From Planctomycetales bacterium (GTDB lineage Bacteria > 4484-113 > JAFGCY01), in NCBI GenBank assembly GCA_022646745.1, contig CP060262.1, forward strand, positions 30,001 through 62,000: a stretch of DNA of 32,000 bases. The letters are read 5' to 3'. Shown one piece after another: positions 8,671 to 15,556 of the stretch. The notes beneath the pieces were generated by a model, which saw only the letters and a list, made by a program, of their open reading frames with translations, did no database searches and was not told the origin of the DNA. Both the position numbers and the translations under genes were made by a program. The number at the start of each line of letters is the position of its first letter. Positions within the stretch are counted from its first letter, which is position 1.

Positions 8671-9025
8671 CCCCACTCCAACCTCCAACGTGCAACCTGC
8701 CCCTGCAACCTGTTTAAACCATTTCTCCGCGCGGCATAATATGAATGACTGCGTTACAATACGCAGCCGAGGAAAGCGAGATGTACACACTGAAGTACAC
8801 ATCTGGATTCCGAAACCCGCCGGTGCCGGCCGGCACCACTGCGCGCGCCTGAGCACGCCGCGGACACTTCCGCATCCCCGCCAGACGCGCCCCCTGACCT
8901 CCCCTGCCCCTGCGTGCAGCCCCGGTCAGTGCTCCCCCGCCAGCCAGGCACCTTTCCCGCCGATACATATAAGGTAAAATCCTGCATTCGCGGGATCCGC
9001 ACTGATATTAGGAAATCCGACTGAC

Positions 9026-10558
9026 ATGAGTGAGACACAGACAATGAGTGAGGCAGCACCCCACGTACGCATCCGCGCCATCGGCCCCGGGCATCTCGGG
9101 CAGCGCGTGCAGATCCGCGGCTGGCTGGCCAACAAGCCCGGCGGCAAGGGCCGTTACTTCCTCTGGCTGCGCGACGGCAGCGGCATCATCCAGGCCGTCG
9201 CCGAGCAGGAGAAGTCCAGCCCCGAGGACTGGGAGGCCGTGGAGAGCATCGGGCTCGAAAGCAGCATCATCGTGGAGGGCATCGTCAAGGCGCACCCCAG
9301 GAACGAAGGTGAGTTCGAGCTGGACTTCGCCGGCATCAAGGTGCTGCAGGCCGTCAGCGACTACCCGATCACCAAGAAGGAGCATGGCACCGAGTTCCTG
9401 ATGAAGCACCGCCACCTCTGGCTGCGCGGCCGCCGCCAGAGCGCGATCCTGCGCATCCGTGCGGAGGTGCACAAGGCCTGGGCGGACTTCTTCTACGATC
9501 GCGGCTTCTTCCGGGTGGACACCCCGATCTTCACGCCCAACGCCTGCGAGGGCACCACGACGCTGTTCGAGGTGGACTACCACGGCGACACCGTCTACCT
9601 CTCGCAGTCCGGCCAGCTCTACAACGAGGCGGACATCGGCGCGCTCGGGCAGGTCTACTGCTTCGGGCCGACCTTCCGTGCGGAGAAGAGCAAGACCCGC
9701 CGCCACCTGCTGGAATTCTGGATGCTGGAGATGGAGGCCGCGTTCTACGACTTCGATGACAACATCCGCTTCCAGGAGGAGATGATCGCGTTCACGGTCA
9801 GCCGCATCCTCGAGCGTTGCAGTGCCGAGCTGAAGGAGCTCGGGCGCGACCCGGAGAAGCTGCGCCCGGCCACGCAGACGCCCTATCCGCGCCTGCGCTA
9901 CGGCGATGCGATCGAGCTGATCAACAAATCGCGGGTGGCGATCCTGATGGAACAGCGCGGCCTGTCCGAGGAGAAGGCGCTGGAACTGCTGTACAGCGGC
10001 AAGGCGACCTTCAGCGACGACACCTATGATGACGACGCGGAGAAGACCCGCAAGCTTGAGCCATTCCGCTGGGGCGACGACTTCGGCGCGCCGGACGAGG
10101 CCGCGATCAGTGCGCAGTACGACCGCCCGGTGTTCGTTTCCAACTTCCCGACGGAGATCAAGGGCTTCTACTTCAAGCAGGATGAGGAAGCGGACGGCAG
10201 CCTGCGTGTGGACCCGGTGTTTGCCGCGCTGCCAGACGACATGAAGCTGCCCGGCATGAGCGGGCATACCGTGCAGGGTGCGGACTGCATCGGGCCGGAG
10301 GGCGCAGGCGAGATGATCGGCGGCAGCCAGCGCGAGGACAACTTCGAGCGCCTGATGGAGAACATCGAGCACCACCAGCTGCCGCTGGACTTCTTCCAGT
10401 GGTACCTCGACACACGGCGTTATGGCAACGTGCCTCACAGCGGCTTCGGCATCGGCATGGAGCGCTTCGTGGCCTGGGTGGCGGGCGGCAGCGACACCCC
10501 GGTGCACATCCGCGAGGTGATCACATTCCCGCGCATGCTGCACCAGTTCGAGCCCTAG
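9026..10558 (+). CDS. asnS: Asparagine--tRNA ligase (class IIb), with two insertions
   Basis: ORF track gives 510 aa. AsnRS-type motif 2 is GPTFRAEKSKTRRHLLEFWMLEMEAAF. Also present are GEMIGGSQRE, RRYGNVPHSGFGIGMERFVAWV and IREVITFPR. Confidence 0.93.
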   Translation: MSETQTMSEAAPHVRIRAIGPGHLGQRVQIRGWLANKPGGKGRYFLWLRDGSGIIQAVAEQEKSSPEDWEAVESIGLESSIIVEGIVKAHPRNEGEFELDFAGIKVLQAVSDYPITKKEHGTEFLMKHRHLWLRGRRQSAILRIRAEVHKAWADFFYDRGFFRVDTPIFTPNACEGTTTLFEVDYHGDTVYLSQSGQLYNEADIGALGQVYCFGPTFRAEKSKTRRHLLEFWMLEMEAAFYDFDDNIRFQEEMIAFTVSRILERCSAELKELGRDPEKLRPATQTPYPRLRYGDAIELINKSRVAILMEQRGLSEEKALELLYSGKATFSDDTYDDDAEKTRKLEPFRWGDDFGAPDEAAISAQYDRPVFVSNFPTEIKGFYFKQDEEADGSLRVDPVFAALPDDMKLPGMSGHTVQGADCIGPEGAGEMIGGSQREDNFERLMENIEHHQLPLDFFQWYLDTRRYGNVPHSGFGIGMERFVAWVAGGSDTPVHIREVITFPRMLHQFEP

Positions 10559-10700
10559 GAGGTCTGGCGCAAGCCAGGCTTGGAGGTCGGACGCAAGCTC
10601 GGCTTGGAGGTCAGGCCCATGGCCTGACAGGAGGCCAAGCTGTAAGCTTGGCTTGGAGGTCAGGCCCATGGCCTGACAGGCGGCCAGTGCCATGCACTGG
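10559..10700. repeat. Cluster of REP-like GC hairpins prefixed by (TT)GGAGGTC
   Basis: The cluster begins directly after the asnS TAG. Hairpins are CTGGC-GCAA-GCCAG (10564-10577), GTCAGGCC-CAT-GGCCTGAC twice (10610-10628 and 10659-10677), GCCAAGCT-GTA-AGCTTGGC (10634-10652) and CCAGTGC-CAT-GCACTGG (10684-10700). Confidence 0.85.
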
Positions 10701-10722
10701 CACACATGAACTGACAACTGAA

Positions 10723-10757
10723 ATGGCGGCCGGGCACATGCCCGGTTGCCATTTATT
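10723..10757 (+). terminator. Candidate intrinsic terminator downstream of asnS
   Basis: A stem of about 13 bp is formed by ATGGCGGCCGGGC-ACAT-GCCCGGTTGCCAT, including two G-U pairs. It is followed by TTATT. Confidence 0.5.
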
Positions 10758-10760
10758 CCT

Positions 10761-10832
10761 CTCACTCCCCTACTTCTTCCACTTCCCCTACTTCCTCCAC
10801 TTCCCCTACTGCTTCCACTTCCCCCACTATTA
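10761..10832. repeat. 18-bp tandem repeat, about 4 copies (CCACTTCCCCTACTNCNT)
   Basis: The copies are ctcactcccctacttctt, ccacttcccctacttcct, ccacttcccctactgctt and ccacttcccccactatta. Confidence 0.85.
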
Positions 10833-10849
10833 AAACCATTCCCACTGTT

Positions 10850-10897
10850 GCCAGACTATCGTCTGGCCTCCCCGCCCGGCTTGTGCCGGACCTCCTA
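10850..10897 (-). repeat. REP-like unit in reverse orientation abutting the stop of paralog G
   Basis: The minus strand reads GTG TAG GAGGTCCGGCACAAGCCGGGC. A hairpin GCCAGAC-nnnn-GTCTGGC follows at 10850-10867. Confidence 0.8.
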
Positions 10898-12451
10898 CAC
10901 TCCTGCCAGCAGCCTCGTATCCGTCACCACATACAGCCGCCTGCCATCCTCCCCCGTGAGGATGTCATTCACCTGTTCACCGAAATGCTCCATGTACACC
11001 AGCTTGCCGCTGCTGTCCCACAGCCCGAGCGTATCCGAGCGGTTGTCATCGTAATCCTGCACCAGCAGGGCTGCCAGCAGGCGCTCCCCGTCGCGCTGCC
11101 AGAGCACGACCTGCGGGCGCGGCTGCCGGTGTGCCGTGGGCAGCATGTAGCCCTCCGGGAACTCCAGCTCCACCGTATCGCTGTTCCAGCTCAGGTAGAC
11201 ATGCCCGGAACTGACCAGGTCCACCCGGCCGTCGCCATTGATGTCAACGAGTGCCAGGATCGGGTCAACGTCGCGCTGCCCGCTGGCGGACAGCACATCC
11301 TGGTCCTCCTGATCGATGCCGACGAACAGCTGGTCAAAGGCATTGGTCTTCGTCTCCGATGGCCGCTTGATCAGCAGCTCATCCCTGCCGTCGCCATCCA
11401 CATCCCCCACCATGATGTCATCCATGTTGGAACACTGCGTATTGAAGATCTCGCCACCGGCCTGCTCTATTGCATAGAGCGTCTTTTCCATCAGGAATGC
11501 CGTGTTATTCCGGTCCGCTGTCTGGTTGAGCTTGTAGCACAGCAGCTCCGGTAGTCCATCGCCATCCATGTCCAGCTCCGGCAGGCGCATGCTCCAGGCA
11601 GTTCCCGGAGTATGGGCAAGAATCTCCCCATCCAGCCCGCGCAGCACTCCGCTGTCTCCCGTATATAAACGCCCACCTTCCTTTGCATTGGCGGGATCAT
11701 AATCCAGCAGTTCATCCACGCCATCACCATCGTAATCAAATGCTTCAAGCAACGCCACCAGATCAAGGCCGGGTGTCTGCAAAATGCTGCCGTCCTGATT
11801 TCGGAATTCAATTCCGCGGTACTGAATTGCCACTTCCTCCTCTGGGTCATCATCAAAGTTTCCGGGGAAGACAACGTATCGCCGGTAACCTGGTCCGGAC
11901 TGCTGTTTCTCATGCTCCTCTACTACCTGCCACTCCACCGCATCTCCACGATCCACATTCGCTTCTCCGGCCACCAGCGGCTTGTTGCGATTTAAAGCCT
12001 GCTGCATCGCATCAGCAACATATGCCTTGTCAAACAGTTGGCCCTGTGTACGGCGCTGAAGAATCCACTGCTCGCGTGTCAGGCCATTTTGCTTGGTGAT
12101 CTGCTTTCGCATCTTCTCATCCAGCTTCTCCCAGGCTCCCTCCGGGTCTGAGTATTCGCTGTAGCGATCCCATTCCCTCTTGCCATTCAGGTTCCTGGTC
12201 AGCAGCTCCCGGTCCTCCTCACTCAGCGCATTCCACAGCTCGTCAATCTCAGCCTGGGTGACCGGATGGCTACCGGCTTTGGCTGTCGCCATCCCTTCTC
12301 CGGCGATCACCGGCGCCCCACTTTCACTGACGCCTACCACCACCGGATCATCATCAGCCTGCTGGCAGGCAGCACACAGCAGGCAGGCCTGCATTGCCAG
12401 TGCCAGCATGGCCGCCAGCGCCAGCCGATCCAATCTCCCCGGATGTCCCAT
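10895..12451 (-). CDS. FG-GAP/VCBS-like beta-propeller protein, paralog G (separated from A-F by asnS)
   Basis: The ORF track starts at GTG 12502. ATG 12451 lies 9 nt downstream of a GGAGG and gives MGHPGRLDRLALAAMLALAMQACLLCAAC. The protein shows ELWNALSEEDRELL, GNFDDDPEEEV, FDYDGDGVDELL, LDMDGDGLPELL, GDVDGDGRDELL, VDINGDGRVDLV and the C-terminal SDTLGLWDSSGKLVYMEHF. Confidence 0.8.
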   Translation of the reverse strand: MGHPGRLDRLALAAMLALAMQACLLCAACQQADDDPVVVGVSESGAPVIAGEGMATAKAGSHPVTQAEIDELWNALSEEDRELLTRNLNGKREWDRYSEYSDPEGAWEKLDEKMRKQITKQNGLTREQWILQRRTQGQLFDKAYVADAMQQALNRNKPLVAGEANVDRGDAVEWQVVEEHEKQQSGPGYRRYVVFPGNFDDDPEEEVAIQYRGIEFRNQDGSILQTPGLDLVALLEAFDYDGDGVDELLDYDPANAKEGGRLYTGDSGVLRGLDGEILAHTPGTAWSMRLPELDMDGDGLPELLCYKLNQTADRNNTAFLMEKTLYAIEQAGGEIFNTQCSNMDDIMVGDVDGDGRDELLIKRPSETKTNAFDQLFVGIDQEDQDVLSASGQRDVDPILALVDINGDGRVDLVSSGHVYLSWNSDTVELEFPEGYMLPTAHRQPRPQVVLWQRDGERLLAALLVQDYDDNRSDTLGLWDSSGKLVYMEHFGEQVNDILTGEDGRRLYVVTDTRLLAGV

Positions 12452-12514
12452 TTGCCGCAGCCTCCGGCTTGCATATTTACTACACATCGTAGTATATACC
12501 ACAAATTGATGAGG

Positions 12515-12703
12515 AATGATGAATGAGCAATGAAGAGTGACTAATGAACAATGCCGGAGCTGCGTTGCGAAAACACGCCGCAGGCGTGATGCAGCTGCGC
12601 AGGACGGGAAACTGACATGCCAGTCGTGGCATAGCCTGCGAAGCTGCGCTTCGCGGCTCCGACCTCAACCTATTCTCATTGCTCACTTTTCATTGCTCAT
12701 TGC
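12515..12703. repeat. Inverted arrays of 7-bp units (AATGANN x6 ... NNTCATT x5) flanking a ~125-bp hairpin-rich segment
   Basis: IRL 12522-12548 (aatgagcaatgaagagtgactaatgaa) matches the reverse complement of IRR 12675-12701 (aatgagcaatgaaaagtgagcaatgag) at 23 of 27 positions. Internal perfect hairpins are ATGCCA-GTCG-TGGCAT and GCGAAGC-TGC-GCTTCGC. Confidence 0.85.
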
Positions 12704-12837
12704 TGCCCAGCGACTGGAAGTCGCCGCTACTGACTCCCCCCTCCTCCCCACTCCAACCCTCTTTCCGTTACTATCTTCCCGTGGATGGCTTATTCGGGAC
12801 AGGTGGGGACGCCGGCAACCGCAATGACGAATTCCGC

Positions 12838-13617
12838 ATGAGGCTCAGTGCCTTGTCCGCCGGCTTCGAGCGGGACGCCCTGTCCGGCCTGCGCGGTCCC
12901 GGGCAACCGGCGCAGTTCGTCTGGCTGGCACTGCTGGTGGCATTCATCAACGGACTCGTCTACCTCAACCTGTTCCCGGCCTATGGCCTGTACCTCTTAT
13001 TCACACCGCTGCTCTACTTCTGGTGGCTGGTGGAACTGATGCAACGCCCCCTCACCAGCCGCTTCCACTATGCCCGCCGCCACATGACGAACCAGCTGAT
13101 GTCAACGGAGCTGATGCTGCGCAGCATTGACGAACCCTACAGCCTGGCGCTGCGGGATGCCGCGCTGGAGGCCGGCCTGCCGAAGTGGATGCTGCCGCCG
13201 CAGCCGCAGGATGCCGAAGGCCTGCTGTCGCATGCCGGGGTGCTGGCACCGCTGCTGCTGGACTTCGACCGGCTCGGCCGTGGTGATCGTACAGTCGAGC
13301 TGCGCCGCGCATGGTGGAAGGTGTTCTGCGCCAGCCGCGCCGGCAGTTCCCTGTGCTGGCTGTTACTGGTGCTGGTTCCGCTCGGGGGCGGGATCCTGGC
13401 TTTCCCGGTGATGCAGCTCGTGCTGCACTGCCGCAGCCAGCGGGTTGACAGCCTGGCCCGCCAGGCCGCCCTGTGCGAGTTCCTCAGCAATGCCAACCAG
13501 GACTGGGCGCTGTTGATCCGCCAGCTCGGGCAACTCAGTGAGCAGGCTACTTCATCTCGATCACGGTCAGCGAAAACTCGCCACCCTGCTTCAGCATCTC
13601 CTGCATCGCAGGACTGA
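12838..13617 (+). CDS. Hypothetical integral membrane protein
   Basis: The ORF track begins at 12679, inside the repeat region. ATG 12838 starts a stretch of high third-position GC. Hydrophobic segments are FVWLALLVAFINGLVYLNLFPAYGLYLLFTPLLYFWWLV and LCWLLLVLVPLGGGILAFPVMQLVL. I recognise no family. Third-position GC collapses in the last ~70 nt, where it overlaps the convergent gene. Confidence 0.6.
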   Translation: MRLSALSAGFERDALSGLRGPGQPAQFVWLALLVAFINGLVYLNLFPAYGLYLLFTPLLYFWWLVELMQRPLTSRFHYARRHMTNQLMSTELMLRSIDEPYSLALRDAALEAGLPKWMLPPQPQDAEGLLSHAGVLAPLLLDFDRLGRGDRTVELRRAWWKVFCASRAGSSLCWLLLVLVPLGGGILAFPVMQLVLHCRSQRVDSLARQAALCEFLSNANQDWALLIRQLGQLSEQATSSRSRSAKTRHPASASPASQD

Positions 13618-14020
13618 GCGAGGCATCATCCATGCCGAGCGTTGCAATGCTGACCGAGATATCCGCACCATCCTTTTCGTAGAAGCGTCCGCTGGACATC
13701 AGCTGCTCCTCCTCCTTGCTGGAGAACTGCCCGCCGAAGGCGCTGTACTGCGTCTCGCGGTAGCCGAGCGCGCCTAGCTGCCTGTCAAAGTGCGCCACCA
13801 CACTGTCCCAGCCGTCCGGGTTGTTGAAGCGGATTGTCAGTGTTGACATCGAGCTGTACTGGTCGCCGGGCTGGCCGCTGAGCTGTGTCTCATCACGCTG
13901 TTCCGAGGTCTGCTGCGAGCCCTTCGGCAGGCTGAGTCCAGCCAGTCCGTACTTGCCACCGCCACCGCAGGCAGCCAGCAGCACAAGCATTGCCAGGATC
14001 ACGAAGCGCAGGCCTGCCAT
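13547..14020 (-). CDS. Small lipoprotein (last gene of the P-family operon)
   Basis: The ORF track extends to 14119. ATG 14020 gives MAGLRFVILAMLVLLAACGGGG (canonical lipobox LLAAC). This start overlaps the upstream stop by 1 nt (TGATG), and a GGAGG lies about 12 nt upstream. Confidence 0.75.
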   Translation of the reverse strand: MAGLRFVILAMLVLLAACGGGGKYGLAGLSLPKGSQQTSEQRDETQLSGQPGDQYSSMSTLTIRFNNPDGWDSVVAHFDRQLGALGYRETQYSAFGGQFSSKEEEQLMSSGRFYEKDGADISVSIATLGMDDASLSPAMQEMLKQGGEFSLTVIEMK

Positions 14021-14778
14021 CAGGGTTCCGGCCTCCAGTCCTGTCCCGGCCAGCGCACCAGCACTTCCCGCTCGCCATCCAGCAGCGGGATCATTGCCCC
14101 GAGGCTGCGCGGCTGCCACATCAGCACGCTGTTGCCATAACTGTCCCGCAGGCGCTCACTGGCAAAGATGAACAGTGCGCCGTCCGGGCTGCCGCCGCCA
14201 TCCAGGTCATGGCCGCTGTCCTGATCCGGCCCCCAGGCCACCAGCATGAAGCCATCGGTTTCGCCATCGCCGTTGCGCTGGGTCAGGTAGCTGAAGTTGC
14301 CAACCGCCTGCGCAGTCCATCCGAAGGGCACAACCTCCGCATCGAAATCTTTCCCTGATGTCGCCGTGTAGGGATTGGCATAGAAATGCGGCTCCTTCAG
14401 TGAAGCCCATTCACTCGCATAGCCCGGTCCGGCCTCCATTGGAAGGCTGGACGGATAGCGGGCATGCCGCGGGTCCGCCTGCTCCGCAGGAATCTCATAC
14501 CAGACGCAGCCATCCCAGCGCATCACCCCGTCCTGGTTGACAAGCTCCAGCGCGAGCAGCAATGTATCAGCATAGAGCTGCCACTTCTGGTCATTCGCCA
14601 GGCTGTCCGATGCCGTTTCGCCACGCTCGCGCTTCTCCCAGGAATTGGCCAGGAAGTCCCGCACCTCAGCCTCCAGCCACATGCCGTAGCTGCACAGCAG
14701 GTTGCCCGCCATGAGCAGCGGTATTGCCAGCAGGCTCAGTCCGAATGTTCGATAACTGTACTTATTGTCTTTCATCAT
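14020..14778 (-). CDS. P-family paralog 1: secreted/anchored protein with pseudopilin-like or FG-GAP-like C-terminal module
   Basis: ORF track gives 252 aa. The N-terminal hydrophobic segment is TFGLSLLAIPLLMAGNLL. The conserved block is HFYANPYT..VVPFGWTAQAVGNFSYLTQ..GFMLVAWGPDQDSGHDLDGGGSPDG. Confidence 0.8.
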   Translation of the reverse strand: MMKDNKYSYRTFGLSLLAIPLLMAGNLLCSYGMWLEAEVRDFLANSWEKRERGETASDSLANDQKWQLYADTLLLALELVNQDGVMRWDGCVWYEIPAEQADPRHARYPSSLPMEAGPGYASEWASLKEPHFYANPYTATSGKDFDAEVVPFGWTAQAVGNFSYLTQRNGDGETDGFMLVAWGPDQDSGHDLDGGGSPDGALFIFASERLRDSYGNSVLMWQPRSLGAMIPLLDGEREVLVRWPGQDWRPEP

Positions 14779-15493
14779 CCCAGGGACACAAATCGCCGTA
14801 CCATTTCAGTATCAGTTCCTGATCCCCGGCCATCACCGGAATCAACTCATAGTCACCTTCAAGATCATAGGCCTTGACGAACTCTCCTCCAGCATTGCGG
14901 ATATGCCAGCTGGCCATCATCACCCCTGCGCCATCCGCACTGCCATCGCCATCGATGTCCAGCCCGCCAAGCTCATCCGGACCCCAGCCGATCAGCATGA
15001 AACCGCAGACTCCACCATCCTCGGCATACTGCAGCAGGTAACTGAAATTGCCAACAGCATCGGTAGTCCAGCCGAAGGGAACAAGGCGGGCATTGTAGTC
15101 GTCAAACGCTTCTGCGGTGTACGGATTGGCGTAGAAGCGATCCAACTCATGTGAATATCCGTCAATGAATGAACGATTACTGATGAATGTTAAGTCTTCA
15201 GAATAACGAATTGACGCAGGCTTACCATACTCGCCTTCGTCATTGTAAGAATAATCCAGAGCCCAGGGATCACTGGGCCATAGCTGTAGTGCAATCATGG
15301 CAATGCTCGCCGACAAGGCTTTTTCATGTAGTCCGACTCGTTCTTCTTCAGCGATACTATCGTCAACTATGTAGTTCCAGCAATCGAGAATTACTGACCG
15401 GCAAACTTCTGGATAGATAAAAGTCGTGCTGCACAGCAGGCTGCCTGCCATGAGCAGGACAGGCACAATCAATGTGAAGCGGAGGTACTTCAT
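14762..15493 (-). CDS. P-family paralog 2
   Basis: ORF track gives 243 aa. The N-terminus is MKYLRFTLIVPVLLMAGSLL. The conserved block is RFYANPYT..LVPFGWTTDAVGNFSYLLQ..GFMLIGWGPDELGGLDIDGDGSADG. Its TAA stop lies 17 nt inside paralog 1. Confidence 0.8.
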   Translation of the reverse strand: MKYLRFTLIVPVLLMAGSLLCSTTFIYPEVCRSVILDCWNYIVDDSIAEEERVGLHEKALSASIAMIALQLWPSDPWALDYSYNDEGEYGKPASIRYSEDLTFISNRSFIDGYSHELDRFYANPYTAEAFDDYNARLVPFGWTTDAVGNFSYLLQYAEDGGVCGFMLIGWGPDELGGLDIDGDGSADGAGVMMASWHIRNAGGEFVKAYDLEGDYELIPVMAGDQELILKWYGDLCPWDDERQ

Positions 15494-15518
15494 CTCACCA
15501 ATGCAGCATACCGCAACT

Positions 15519-15553
15519 CACTGCCCACTGCCCTCTGCCTCCTGCCTTCTGCC
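15519..15553. repeat. 7-bp tandem repeat (NNCTGCC)x5 between P-family paralogs 3 and 2
   Basis: The units are cactgcc, cactgcc, ctctgcc, tcctgcc and ttctgcc. On the mRNA-sense minus strand they read GGCAGAA, GGCAGGA, GGCAGAG, GGCAGTG and GGCAGTG. Confidence 0.85.
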
Positions 15554-15556
15554 AAC

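Noticed and set aside
8781-8852. A 23-codon mini-ORF (MYTLKYTSGFRNPPVPAGTTARA) with an upstream GAGGAAAG. It is followed by the palindrome GGTGCCGGCCGGCACC, so I considered it as an asnS leader-peptide attenuator.
   Set aside because: It contains only one Asn codon, there is no alternative terminator/antiterminator pairing that I could trace, and there is no U-tract. It is most likely a chance ORF in a 480-bp promoter region.
8547-9025. A tRNA, riboswitch or T-box in the long asnS upstream region and in the other intergenic regions.
   Set aside because: I found no cloverleaf-compatible T-arm (GTTCRANYC) or other RNA-family signature. The structure there is explained by the repeat arrays and simple palindromes.
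9008-10765. A 585-aa ORF antisense to asnS.
   Set aside because: It lies opposite a clearly identifiable AsnRS. The translation is low-complexity and rich in Ala/Leu/Arg/Val, as expected from the reverse frame of a high-GC gene. No motif is recognisable.
12515-12703. A confident call of an invertible promoter (inverton) or a DGR-type variability system for the paralog arrays.
   Set aside because: No recombinase, invertase or reverse transcriptase gene is in the window, and no template/variable repeat pair was seen. The related element at 31.6 kb has only a 36-nt spacer, which fits a hairpin or MITE better. It is kept only as one hypothesis in the findings.
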